64,000 nucleotides of DNA from Octopus vulgaris (taxonomy: Eukaryota), in the NCBI GenBank assembly GCA_951406725.2, contig OX597818.1, positions 44,516,001 to 44,580,000 on the forward strand, in the 5' to 3' direction. Both the position numbers and the translations under genes were made by a program. The notes under the pieces are model-generated. The model worked only from the letters and a program-made list of their open reading frames with translations, ran no database searches and was not told where the DNA came from. This document shows, piece after piece, positions 1-11,810 of this stretch; position 1 is the first letter of the stretch; each line of letters begins with the position of its first letter.

Positions 1-1
1 T

Positions 2-147
2 AATGAGGTAGTACAAGGAAGAGTCATTTCCAATGACTGATTGAGCAGTGTTATTATCAAGTGCAACAAAGACAAAATAGAGATGCTTTAGATGGAGACA
101 ACTACATGCGTATCAAATTGATGGGCCAAGTAATGGAAGTAACATTC
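2..147 (+). mobile_element. RTE-clade LINE reverse transcriptase N-terminal relic (stop + frameshift)
   Basis: Manual translation NEVVQGRVISND*LSSVIIKCNKDK / DALDGDNYMRIKLMGQVMEV matches the RTE pattern IPxDWxxSxIxxxYKGKGDALxxxNYRGIKL. Confidence 0.7.
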
Positions 148-444
148 ATATAGGAAATGGTAAATCATGAAATTTCAATAGATCATGGTCATGGTAGTCT
201 TCACAGCTGTTGGTGCTGTTGTTGTTGTTAAGCAACAAGATGGGTAAGGGCGATTTGGTAATGGTCTAGGGCTTAGGGGTAGGAGACCCCCAGACCTTGG
301 GGAAAAAAAAAACTTTGGTCATCTTGTTGTAGTCGAGGGCTCTTCATTGACACCCCGACACCACTGGGAGGTGGCCCTTGAAGTCGCTGGAAATGGAGAT
401 CTCCAGGTCCAAATTCTTGAATGGCTGCTGTTGGTGCTGCCACT

Positions 445-801
445 GCTGCTTGTTTTTTGTTTGTTTGTTGAGTGTCTCAGGACTGTCTGCAGTCCGAAAC
501 GTGGTCCTTTGCTATTTGTAAGACCCGCAGAAGAGAAAGCAGGTCAACCCCCAACACCGAGAGCATCGACGGATGGATGTGCATCCAGGCTCAGCGGCTG
601 CATAGGAAGTCACGGACAAGAAACAGGGAGAAACTTGGAGCAAAAGAGTACAACAGGGGTTGCCACCACCCCTTGCCGGAGCCTCAAGGAGCTTTAGGTG
701 TTTTCGCTCAATAAACACACACAACGCCCGGTCTGGGAATCGAAACCGCAATCCTCTAACCGCGAGTCCGCTGCCCTAACCACACGGCCATTGTGCCTCC
801 A
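445..801 (-). mobile_element. Full-length tRNA-derived SINE (family D) with 20-bp TSD
   Basis: Minus strand has A box TGGCCGTGTGG, B box GGTTTCGATTCC and a (CAAA)-rich tail. Exact direct repeat ctgctgttggtgctgccact at 425-444 and 802-821. Head shared with copies at 2737, 36293 and 42137. Confidence 0.85.
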
Positions 802-1020
802 CTGCTGTTGGTGCTGCCACTATCACCACCATCTCTACCACTACTGCCACCATTGTCATCATATGTTCACTTAGAAAAGCAGACATATGATGACAATGTG
901 TTGAGCTTTCAAATGTTATTGCTTCCTGTGTGAATTTGGTTGTGTTGGAATTTCAATCACCATGGCTGTACATTTAAACTCAGAGAAATGGAAAATGGTT
1001 CAAACTTGTGATGCGGGATC

Positions 1021-2330
1021 AGAATCTTCTTCTTTAGGCACCATGTCCAGAATGTAGGACATGGGTGATTATGTCCTGCCACGATTCTCTGTTCTTTGTT
1101 ATCTGCAACAGTTCCACTTCCTGATATTTAATGCTTCTTTCTTCCAGCCCGTTTGTCAAGTTTCACATCTATATCATCCTTCTCCTTCCTCTGGTTCTTT
1201 TCCCTTCAATCTTTCTTGTCACCTTTAAATTCTCCAACTCCTCTTTCCTCATCACAGGATCAAGAAATCTCAGTTGCTTGGCCTTTATCTCATGAAGCAG
1301 TTTTCTATTTACCACAGCCTGGGTCATCACTTCTTCATTAGACACTTTGTCCATGCTATCCTAAATATTCTCCTGAAGAACCACATTTCACAGCTCTCTA
1401 GACACCTTCTCATTTCTGATGTTATAGACCATGCCTCACTTCCATATATTCACACAAGGTAGACACAGCAGTTCAATATATGGGTTTTAATGCTCAGAGT
1501 ACAGTTTCTCAGGGTGTTATGCAATTTTGAGAATACCCTCTTTTACTCTTTTACTTGTTTCAGTCATTTGACTGTGGCCATGCTGGAGCATCACCTTTAG
1601 TTGAGCAAATTGACCCCAGGACTTATTCTTTGTAAGCCTAGTACTTATTTTATTGGTTTCTTTTGCTGAACAGCTAAGGTACGGGGATGTAAACACACCA
1701 GCATAGATTGTCAAGCGATGTTGGGGGGACAAACACAGACACACAAATACATACATATATATATATATACATATATACGACGGGCTTCTTTCAGTTTCCA
1801 TCTACCAAATCCACTCACAAGGCTTTGGTCAGCCCGAGGCTATAGTAGAAGATACTTGTCCAAAGTGCCATGCAGTAGGACTGAACTCGGAACCATGTGG
1901 TTGGTAAGCAAGCTACTTACCACATAGCTACTCTTATTCCTACGAATGCAGATTTTTGCCAGTACTATTCATCTTTTGATCTCCTTTACAGATCTTGCAT
2001 CTTCTGTGATCAACGTTCCAAAGTAGTTGAAGGACGATACCTGCTTAATGATTTGATTGCTCACTTTCAGCATGTCCTTTGGGCTTCCCTCTCTATGTCT
2101 CCACCATGCACACTGTCTTCTTGCAATTAATGAACAAACCCTTCTTCTCACTTTCCCTGACCATTATATCCAGACGTCTCTGAAGTTCCTTTACCATTTC
2201 TGCAAGTAAGTCTGTGTCATCTATATATCCTATACTTGTGATGTTTCTGTCTCCTCCGCTAAAACCTTTTTCCTTCTCCAGTTCTCTTATGATCAATTCA
2301 TTATGATAATTGAAGAGATCTGGTGATCTC
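1021..2330 (-). mobile_element. Degenerate RTE LINE, RT core to 3' end, split by a SINE
   Basis: ORF pieces give GYIDDTDLLAE (YADD box), ESEKKGLFINCKKT, QVSSFNYFGTLITEDARSVKEIKR, YGSEAWSIT and MDKVSNEEV...KIEGKRTRGRRR. Confidence 0.85.
1537..1943 (-). mobile_element. SINE family A (tRNA head, internal TA/CA microsatellite) inserted in the RTE relic
   Basis: Reverse complement of the head gtggtaagtagcttgcttaccaaccacatggttccgagttcagtcc and tail gactgaaacaagtaaaagag. The RTE frame rejoins across it. Confidence 0.85.
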
Positions 2331-2504
2331 TACCACTACCACCACTTTAATTATATTAAGTAATTACATTAATTACCTAAGTTATTTGATTAAATATATT
2401 AATTGCCTAAATTATATTAATTACATTAATTGTATTAATTGCTTATATTAATAAGGTTTTATTTTTGATAAGTCTTGACCTTGCAATCAATACATTAACA
2501 GACT

Positions 2505-2700
2505 GGCACAAGACCAGCAAATTCAGGGGATATGTCAATTACATCAACCCCAGTACTCAACTGGTACTTATTTTATTGACCCTAAAAGGCGAAAATGCAA
2601 AACTGACCTTGGTAGAATTTGTACTCAGAATGTAAAGACTGACAAAATGTTGCTCAGCATTTTGCCCTGTGTGCTAACAATTCTGCCAGCTCACCACCTT
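2505..2700 (-). mobile_element. Older SINE family B copy
   Basis: Diverged match to the family B consensus (ggtgagctggcagaa...ttctgagt.caaatt...aagtaccag). Confidence 0.7.
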
Positions 2701-2736
2701 ATTCTTATATAAATATTCTTTTCTACTCTAGGCACA

Positions 2737-3019
2737 GTGAGGGTACATGGCCTAGTGGCTAGAGCAGCAGACTCGCGGTCAAGGGATCTCAGGTTTGAAT
2801 CTCAGACCAGGCGATGTGTGTGTTTATGAGCAAAACTCCTAAGCTCCATGCGGCTCCTGCAGAAGGTCATGATGAACTTCTGCTGACTCTTTTGCCACAA
2901 CATTCTCTCACTCTTTCCTCCTGCATCTTACAGCTCATCCATGTGGGGAACCTATATGCCAAGGAAACCGGGAAACCAGCCCTAATGAACCAGGCATGGC
3001 TCGAGAAGGAACAAACAAT
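2737..3019 (+). mobile_element. SINE family D (followed by a minus-strand family A head at about 3050-3195)
   Basis: A box tggcctagtgg and B box ggtttgaatct; same body as 36293-36593. Confidence 0.8.
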
Positions 3020-3657
3020 ATATATACACATATACATACACACATACATGATGGGACTTCTTCCAGTTCCTGGCAACCAAAAGCTTTGATCAAACCAAGA
3101 CTATAGCAGAAGATACATGCCCAAGGTGCCACATTGCTAGACTGAACCTGGAACCATGTGCTGGGGAATCAAACTTCTTACAAGACAACCACAAAACTAA
3201 AAGCCACTAACAGAGTATTCTCAATAGGAATAACTTACATTCCAGTAAATGAACATGAAGTTTGCTGAAGATTTGTATTTTTTTTTTCTTCAAGCATTAA
3301 TGAAATTATAACGTGATTTAAGATAACAAATGGTGCTATTTATTATTGATTTAGATAAGTAATCTTTAATTCAGAAATTATTTCAATCTTTTTCTGAATC
3401 AAATTGAACTATCACTAGTTCTGAATTGATCAAATCTAAAAATAAGCTAGCATCTCAGGTCACTTAGTAATTGATGGAACAGCCTATACATACTTCCAAA
3501 TACAGTTTAACATAGAAGCAATGTCTTTTACTTAAGACCATCATCATATTGAAAAAGATTTAATTTAGAACATAATGATGATACACTGAAAAGACTAATT
3601 AGATTCTCATTGATATTTTGTAAATTTTACTGAGCCGATTCAAAGATTCTGAAATTG

Positions 3658-3660
<3 letters not shown>

Positions 3661-3717
<57 letters not shown>
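3661..3717. repeat. (TA)n microsatellite
   Basis: Pure AT dinucleotide run. Confidence 0.95.
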
Positions 3718-3723
<6 letters not shown>

Positions 3724-3990
3724 AGGCATAGGTTCAAATTTTGGAAGGAGAGAAAGTATAACAGACTGAACTGAGCCGAATAAGCTGTAGGTTGTAAATG
3801 TAGCAGGGATCAAAATTCAATCAAGCAGTATTAGGACTCAGAATAATGATATATGGTGCTAAATAAAATAAAATCTTTAATCCATATCTTTAACATTTAA
3901 AATGTCACTAATGTGCTTATAAATGTATATTCATAAGGCACAAGCATAACTGTATGGTCATGAAGTCCACATCCTAATCATATTGTTTCA

Positions 3991-5097
3991 TATTTCTTTA
4001 CTGCCCACAAGGGACTAAACATAGAGAGGACAAACAAGGACAGACAAACGGAATATGTGCACTCAAAGCAGAGACCTCACTCTCCAGTGGGCCCTCTTCG
4101 CAACCCTCACACAAACCAGATCACAACTTCTGGAGCTCTCACAGTCTCATCCGACCCTCACAATATGGATTTGTCCCTAACTCCAGCTGTAGTGACCAGC
4201 TTGTCGAGTTCCTTGAGGACATTACTCAGATTAATATCAAGAAATCCTCTTGTGAGCGTGACCTAGGCATCACTGTCAGCAGTGATTTGCGTTGGTCAAA
4301 GCATATCTCTAAGATTGTCAGGAAGGCCGAGGGTGTCTTGGCATCACTCAGCAGGTCTTTTGTTAGCCGCTCTCCAGCCATCTATTTAAAACTGTATACA
4401 GCTATGGTACGACCACACTTGGAATTCGCATCATCAGTTTGGAACCCCTATCTTGCACAGAACATTGACCTCCTGGAATCTGTCCAGAGACGTGCAACCA
4501 AACGCATACCCTCCATCAGACACCTACCATATTCTGAGCGCCTTGTTTCCCTGGGCATGGATTCACTGAAGCTCCGGCGTTTGGCGACGGACTTGGTAAA
4601 CACCCACAAAGTTATCAACCACCTCACCAACAACAACACTGAACACCTTTTTGATCTCCATGTGTCTAACACATGTGGACATGCCTACAAAGTCAGAAAA
4701 CAATACAGCTCCCATGACTTTCGGAAACATTTTTTCATGCTCTGAGTTGCTGAAGCATGGAATAAACTGCCTGCGTCAGTTGTTGACTGCCATGACACTG
4801 CATCTTTTAAGGCCCTCATGCTTTCCGAAATCCGCCGAAACTACACCTGATTATATATACACTTTAGATGAGTTGTAGTGCACCTGAGCACTGTACACAA
4901 TTATTATTATTATTATTATTATTATTAAGTCGATTACATCAACCCCAGTACGTAACTGGCACTTAATTTATCGACTCTGAAAGGATGAAAGGCAAAGTCG
5001 ACCTCGGCGGAATTTGAACTCAGAATGTAACGGCAGACAAAATACCATTAAGCAATGCATCTGCCATGCTAATGTTTCTACCAGCTTGCCACCTTTA
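3991..5097 (-). mobile_element. SINE family B split by a CR1 insertion and itself inserted in an older SINE (about 3935-5450)
   Basis: Halves 3991-4052 and about 4923-5097 join to the consensus acaaacgga|ttaagtcg. 12-bp TSD catattgtttca at 3979-3990 and 5099-5110. Confidence 0.85.
4053..4925 (+). mobile_element. CR1-clade LINE fragment, internally deleted, with 3' UTR and (TTA)n tail
   Basis: QYGFVPNSSCSDQLVEFL, ERDLGITVSSDLRWSKHI, LYTAMVRPHLEFASSVWNPY, LESVQRRATK and EAWNKLP are CR1 ORF2 hallmarks. Confidence 0.9.
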
Positions 5098-5509
5098 CCA
5101 TATTGTTTCAGAGTCAGTCTTCTACTATAGTCTCAGGCAAATCAAAGCCTTGTGAGTGGATCTGGAAGATGGAAACTGAAAGAACCCTGTATTATAAATA
5201 AGTGTGTGTGAGAAAGAGAGAATGTGTTTGCATTCCCCTGTCTTGATGTAGTATAATAGCTGGAAGAGAGTGTCACCATCATATAAGTGGTTTCTGGTCT
5301 TCCATTAAATTTATGTTCAGCCAAGAGATAATATTTGTTTGCTTGGATACAGGTGAGGATTGGTGACAGGAAGTGCATCTGACTCAGAAAATCTGCCTCA
5401 GTGGATACTATTTGACCCACGTGGGCATAGAAGACTGGACATTAAGACAAAACTAAAACGATATAGTCATTCAAAGTCAATAAAACCCAGTATGAGATTT
5501 TCCTTTATA

Positions 5510-5611
5510 TAAGACATCTGATGAAGGCTGGAGGGTATATCAGCTGAAGCATTGTGTTAACAACAAACAAGATGAGGACAAATATCCATCGAATGTAAAT
5601 AATGTAAATAA
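5510..5611 (+). mobile_element. Short Penelope-like element fragment with a decayed minimal hammerhead motif
   Basis: gacat-CTGATGA-a-ggctg..cagct-GAAGC-att-gtgtt. Flanking direct repeat tttcctttata at 5499-5509 and 5612-5622. 58/60 identity with 22835-22894. Confidence 0.7.
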
Positions 5612-6108
5612 TTTCCTTTATAATGTTATAATTAATAGTTAGATAATAAATCATTTCTTTCTAATTTTGACACAAATCTAAAATATTATATTAATAATAT
5701 AAAGGGCTCCATGACAATAGGAAGAAGACTTCGTTAAATGATTTGGGCCAAGATGGAAAAGAAGGCTTAAATAAAAAAGAACTGAAAATGACTACCAGTG
5801 TATAATGATTGCCGACAGTCTGGTCAATATGGATGATAATAATAATTTGGTTCTTGTTGTAAACTGCCATTTTACTGACAGGACTCGATAAAATGAGGAA
5901 CATTAGTGATTGACTGCAGAAACAGAATTCTGACAATGGATTGTTAAATTGAGATAATAATTCATTCACAGAATAACTCAATTTCATTTCTGATATAATC
6001 CAGTCAAAACAAACAGAAACCTGAATATATTACCTAAGTTTTAGGCTGACATACTATGTGACTTTTGGAGACAAGTAATTTGATGTGAGGCCATGTGTTG
6101 AAACTGAA

Positions 6109-6356
6109 GTGATTACAGAATGGAAAACATATATTAAGCTATTCAAAAACATAAACATTTATTATTTGGTGACACAGGTTCTGTTGCACTAACTGCAACC
6201 TCATAACTGACAAAGTGAGTTGCCATAGAACTGTCAGTGACAAGGTTACAGTTAATGCGAGGAAAATTTTGACATCAGAAAATAAATGATCAATTGAAGT
6301 TAACAGTTTTAGTTTGTTTTTGAATGACTAATATGTGTCTTTCATACTGTAATTAC
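6109..6356. repeat. Old degenerate foldback (inverted arms about 105-125 bp)
   Basis: 6109-6212 aligns to the reverse complement of 6232-6356, e.g. gtgattacagaatggaaaacatatatta vs gtaattacagtatgaaagacacatatta. Confidence 0.75.
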
Positions 6357-7258
6357 ATATCTAACTCTATAAGTTTGAAATAACAAAATTAACCAGAGCA
6401 TGAAGTAGAAAGAGTTATATATATATATATATATTTTAAAATCTCATTTCTGATGTACATATGTATATTTCTGCAATTGCTGACAAACATTTTGAAACAA
6501 ATTAATTCAAAGATCGAAAGAAGAGCTTCATTAAAAGAAACAAGAAACCTTCCAGTCAGAAACAAATGCTAACGTTTCCTTTCAAAACTTGCCATTATTT
6601 TTGTACAAATGTATCATAGTAATGTCTATAAACTAGCAGCAACAAATAAAGTCAGAAAATATATATCAAAGAACAGTCAGCTGAATGGTATCCTTTTATC
6701 AATGATAGAAAAAAATCCTCACATAATCATAACCAGGAAACAAGGGAGTATAAACAAAAAAAACTGCAAATAGATTTGATGTTAAGAGAAATGAAAGCAA
6801 ACTACATAAAATTTTGTAGACAGTCATTCAGAACAGATATCAACAAAAACAAATTGCTTAGATTTTATTGGTTGAAGCATATCTAAGGCAAGGATTTAAT
6901 GGCATGGATAATGAATTGAAAACTAATAAAGCTTTCTGAATAGAATCAAGGGTAAAAAACGTGCCATTCAAGCTTTGTTGGTTGTTTATTTAAGCTCAGC
7001 TGGAAGTAGAGATACAATTTCATCCAACTGACTATTTCTGTTGCCTGAGTATTAATAATCAAGCCTGCCTAAACAGATTTAAGTCCAGTTCTCAATAACT
7101 GTCATTATTTAGTCTGCTGTGGGACATCACAATCTATCATGTAGTTCTTTGTAGTTAGAAATGTAATTTAGTACTCAGTGCATGCTATAGCTTGTCTAAT
7201 ATCCAGCCTAATCGATGTACAGTGAATTCAATCACTGTTGGACATTAAATGTATAATT

Positions 7259-7260
<2 letters not shown>

Positions 7261-7290
<30 letters not shown>

Positions 7291-7715
7291 TTAACGTCTG
7301 CTTTTCATGCTAGCATGGGTTGGACGATTTGACTGAGGTCTGGTGAACCAGATGGCTGCACCAAGCTCCAATCTGATCTGGCAGAGTTTCTACAGCTGGA
7401 TGCCCTTCCTAACGCCAACCACTGAGAGTGTAGTGGGTGCTTTTATGTGCCACCAGCATGCGGGCCAGTCTGGCAGTACTGGCAATGGCCACACTCAAAT
7501 GGTGTGTTTTACGTGCCACCTGCACAGGAGCCAGTCCAGCGGAACTGGCAACGACCTCGCTTGAATGTTTTGTTCACGTGCCACTGGCACAAGTACCAGT
7601 AAAGCGACACTGGTAATGATCACACTCAAATGGTGCTTTTTATGTGCCACCAGCACAGAAACCAGACAGCTGCTCTGGCAGTGATCTCACTCGGATGGAG
7701 CTGTTAGCGCTCCAT
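7261..7715 (-). mobile_element. SINE family C with (GAT)n tail and internal tandem units
   Basis: Reverse complement of gttggcgttaggaagggcatccagctgtagaaac...acgttaaa(tga)n, with repeated gtgccac-initiated units of about 55-60 bp. Confidence 0.85.
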
Positions 7716-8249
7716 AATGTGTACATAATATGTCTAATGTACATAATGCATCTTTTGTCGTAACTTAGTGGTCAGATGGAATAAGTATACCTTGGGGTCA
7801 ATTCATTTGACCAAAAGTTTTAAGACGGTGGCCTAGCATGGCCACAGTGGAATGACTGAAACAAGTAAGAGATAAAAGATAATTCAGTGCTCCAAGTTCA
7901 TTTTATTGTTTTTACGACTTGTGAATCTCTTCCAACACCCAGCATTTGTTTGATAATCTGGTATTCTGCATAAAGAAATCTATCTCACTTGATCTCTATT
8001 TCTCTGAAGTCATCCAGCATTGTCTTCAATGCTTACAACTTGGACTTTTAACTTACCATGCAGGCACAGAAACCTGAATATATTACCATTGTAATTGGCA
8101 GTATTATCTATCTCTGATTAACACCTCTATCTCTGATTAACACATGGACACTTCAAATATTGTCTTGCCTCCAAACCTGGTTTTTATCTAACCATCATCT
8201 TATTTGCATAAATTTGATCTTCAGACACTAGTGCTGAACAGTAGCAGAG

Positions 8250-8510
8250 TGTTTCAGAGTTGAGCTAAAAAGCTTCCCCAGACCCTTGACTGTTTGCTCT
8301 TTAACGGAGGGATGGCAATTCTAGATACTGAGCAACAGAATTTGCTAACGACCTTCCACTTCTTCAGCACCACAAGCCTTTGCAGGCTTAAAACAGATCC
8401 TTGATCTAGCTATAAGGTTCTTAAGTCATTCTAGGAACCACCTACTCCCTAGCACTGGTGTTATTATATATGGTTAGGATGCTCATAAATGCTGTTATTG
8501 GGGATGTCAT
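8250..8510 (-). mobile_element. HERO-like (RLE-type) non-LTR retrotransposon RT relic
   Basis: Frameshifted translation PITAFMSILTI..VLGSRWFLE*LKNLIARSRICFKPAK..VLKKWKV..IP/SVKEQTVKGLGKLF resembles HERO PIRAFMDDLT..RWIL..LI.WARM.FKP.KSRSLVLKKGKV..PVKSLGK. Confidence 0.6.
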
Positions 8511-8659
8511 CCACTGCACATTTATAGAGGCCCTTTAAATTTTCCTCTTGACTACATGAATCTGTGAATTTCATAGTTTAAAATAATTTTTATTTTGAAA
8601 TCTCCTTGCCTACTTTTTAAAGATAACCACCACACACATGCACACATACATTCTATATA

Positions 8660-8852
8660 TACAAGGGTTGGACAAAATAATGGAAACACCTAGCATCATA
8701 GCATCATAATTTTGAAGTATCTATAAAACCATCAAAAGCTTGTTTATTTTTTTGTTTTTTTGATTTATTATTAGTGTTGCTTAATATGCTTTGCTAAAAT
8801 TGCTGTTTCTTTTCAAATATCATCAGAAAAAGGCAATTAAATCTCATTAAAA
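8660..8852 (+). mobile_element. Tc1-type terminal fragment
   Basis: TA followed by CAAGGGTTGGACAAAATAATGGAAACACC, a typical Tc1 TIR; truncated by the next SINE. Confidence 0.55.
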
Positions 8853-8855
8853 TGA

Positions 8856-9012
8856 CAGGAGTGGCTGTGTGGTAAGTAGCTTGCTTACCAACCATATGGT
8901 TTTGGGTTCAGTCCCACTGCATGGCACCATGCACAAGTATCTTCTACTATAGCCTCGGGCCGACCAAGGCCTTGTGAGTGGATTTGACAGACGGAAACTG
9001 AAAAAAGCCCAT

Positions 9013-9053
<41 letters not shown>

Positions 9054-9256
9054 GCATGTGTGTGTGTGTTTGTCCCTCCAACATCGCTTGACAACCAATG
9101 CTGGTGTGTTTACGTCCCCGTAATTTAGCGGTTCAGCAAAAGAGACCGATAGAATAAGTATTAGGCTTACAAAAAGTAAGTCCTGGGGTTGATTTGCTCG
9201 GCTAAAGGCGGTGCTCCAGCATGGTCGCAGTCAAATGACTGAAACAAGTAAAAGAG

Positions 9257-9258
<2 letters not shown>
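8856..9258 (+). mobile_element. SINE family A, near full length
   Basis: Head caggagtggctgtgtggtaag with B box gggttcagtccc, internal (TA)n(TG)n, tail gactgaaacaagtaaaagag. Confidence 0.9.
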
Positions 9259-9287
<29 letters not shown>

Positions 9288-9289
<2 letters not shown>

Positions 9290-9754
9290 CATCATCATCA
9301 TCATCATCATCATTTAACGTCCGCTTTCCATGCTAGCATGGGTTGGACGGTTCAACTGGGGTCTGGGGAGCCCGAAGGCTGCACCAGTCCAGTCAGATCT
9401 GGCAGTGTTTCTACAGCTGGATGCCCTTCCTAACGCCAACCACTCCGAGAGTGTAGTGGGTGATTTTATGTGCCACCGACACAGGTGCCAGACGAGGCTG
9501 GCAAACGGCCACGCTCGGATGGTGTTTTTATGTTCCACCGACACAGGTGCCAGATGAGGCTGGCAAACAGCCACAATCGGATGGTGTTTGTTACGTGCCC
9601 ACAGCACGGAGGCCAGTCGATGTGGTACTGGCTATGGCCACGTTCGGATGGTTTTCTTGTGTGCCACCGGCACTGGTACCACAAAGATACAAATTCCATT
9701 GATGTTCATCTATTTTGATTTGTTTTGATTTTCACTTGCCTCAACAGGCCTTCA
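9288..9754 (-). mobile_element. SINE family C
   Basis: Same body as 7261 with 4 internal tandem units. Confidence 0.85.
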
Positions 9755-10563
9755 CATACACACACATACATATATTTATCTATCTATCTATATATTGATA
9801 TATGTATATACACATGCATAAATATGTGTGTGTGAGTGTGTGTGTGTGTGTGTGCGTGTGTACATGTATTTATGTTTCACATCTGCTACTGAACTTCATG
9901 AAGTCCCAAATGAAACTGCAAAGAATTCCTTAACAAGACTCTAACAAACTCATTTCACAGTTAGAAGTAACACTACAAAGTATTTATGAGGAATGATGAC
10001 AATGAACAGAGACAAGAATGAAAGAACAAAAAGAACACTATACAAAAATACTATTGAAAAAAAAAGATCTTATCATCAGCTGCTTAATTGGATATCTTCA
10101 TAGTTTTGACACCAAATTCAATACCACTCCATCTGACAGTATCAACAATGTTAAAATAATTTTAACAAGCTTGGGAATACACAAAAGAACTCCTATGAAA
10201 GATCAAATGAAAATCAATAACTTGCAGAACATAAAATGAAAATAATAAAAGATATAAAATGAAAAAACATAACATACACATAAAAAAAAACATAAACTCT
10301 ATGGCCCTTCGTTCGTGGATGAAAACACAGACCTCAGAAAACATTATGCTCTGAGATGTCATAGCATGTGGAAGTTACACCATTCTTTTAACATGATAAC
10401 AAAGCCCAAGAAGAGAGAGAGAGAGAGAGAGAGAGAGTAGCAGAAATAGAAGAGATGAAAGAAGAAGGCTTAGTTCTCGAATGGAAATGATGACTGGTAG
10501 AGAAACAGAGACTGTGCGTCAAAGAAAGTGAGATTGGGAGAAAAAAGAGTGAAAGAAGGACTT

Positions 10564-10582
10564 CAACAACAACAACAACAAC

Positions 10583-10640
<58 letters not shown>
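10564..10640. repeat. (CAA)n(TAA)n compound microsatellite
   Basis: Directly visible; source of the poly-I and poly-L ORFs. Confidence 0.95.
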
Positions 10641-10641
<1 letters not shown>

Positions 10642-10952
10642 AGCAAGTAAACAGTGTGGAGGGAATCTTTGCAGCATTAAGTAAATAAACACTAAGTGAA
10701 ACATGAACATCTAGCAATTTGCACCAGCATCACCACAATGTACGAACATATGCAAACACACACACACACATACATCAATATATATATATATATGTGTGTG
10801 TGTATGTAGTGGTTAGGAAGCTATATATTTTACAACAGATGCAGAGTTTAAATCCTGCAGGCAATGTTATAATTTTTTTTCCATTTTCTTCATCTGTATT
10901 ATTAAATATATGTGTGTGTGTGTAATATATGTATATATATATGTATATATTT

Positions 10953-11810
10953 AGGCGTAGGAGTGGCTGTGTGGTAAGTAGCTTGCTTATGAACCACATT
11001 ATTCTGGGTTCAGTCCCACAGTGTGGCACGTCGGGCAAGTGTCTTCTACTATAGCCTCGGGCCAACCGAAACCTTCTGAGTGGATTTGGTAGATGGAAAC
11101 TGAAAGAAGCCTGTCGTATATATGTGTGCACATTCTTTCCTTCTACCAAGCAAATCTAATGCCCATAGCTTAGCTTTTCCTTGGGGCTGGCCTTTTCGGA
11201 GCAAATCTCAGAATTAAACAGCCGAAATTTGCCATGATGAATCGGTTTCTGACTGAAGACTGAAGGCTCTGAATTACTGTCCGTTTTTCCGTGTTTGTCA
11301 ATTCGTGAATTTCACGTTCTTTATATATAAGTTTTATTCTATATATATATATATGTTTCTTTATTATATATATATATATATATCATCATCATCATCATCG
11401 TTTAACGTCCGTTTTCCGCGCTAGCATGGGTTGGACAGTTCGACCGGGGTCTGGGACGCCAGGGGCTGCACCAGGCTCCAGTCTGATCTGGCAGTGTTTC
11501 TACAGCTGGATGCCCTTCCTAATGCCAACCACTCCGCGAGTGTAGTGGGTGCTTTTTACGTGCCACCTGCACATATATATGTATGTGTATGTGTATATGT
11601 TTGTGTGTCTGTGTTTGTCCCCCCCAACATCACTTGACAACCAATGCTGGTGTATTTACGTCCCTATAACTTAGTGGTTCGGCAAAAAAGACCGATAGAA
11701 TAAGTACTAGACGTACAAAGAATAAGTCCTGGGGTCGGTTTGCTCGACTAAAGGCATTGCTTCAGCATGGCTGCAGTCAAATGACTGAAACAAGTAAAAG
11801 AGTAAAAGAG
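10953..11810 (+). mobile_element. SINE family A split at its internal microsatellite by two insertions
   Basis: Head half 10953-11120 and tail half about 11585-11810. Between them lie an unrelated fragment of about 210 bp (11128-11340) and a SINE C piece (11383-11571, minus). Confidence 0.8.

Noticed and set aside
4-13. miRNA look-alikes (let-7-like here, miR-7-like at about 29539, miR-133-like at about 51826)
   Set aside because: Partial matches only, with no precursor hairpin.
347-751. Overlapping 79-116 aa ORFs
   Set aside because: They lie mostly within a TSD-flanked SINE; similar peptides recur wherever SINE copies occur.
9465-9680. CRISPR-like spaced repeats
   Set aside because: The units are similar along their whole length with no unique spacers, lie inside a SINE, and no cas genes are present.
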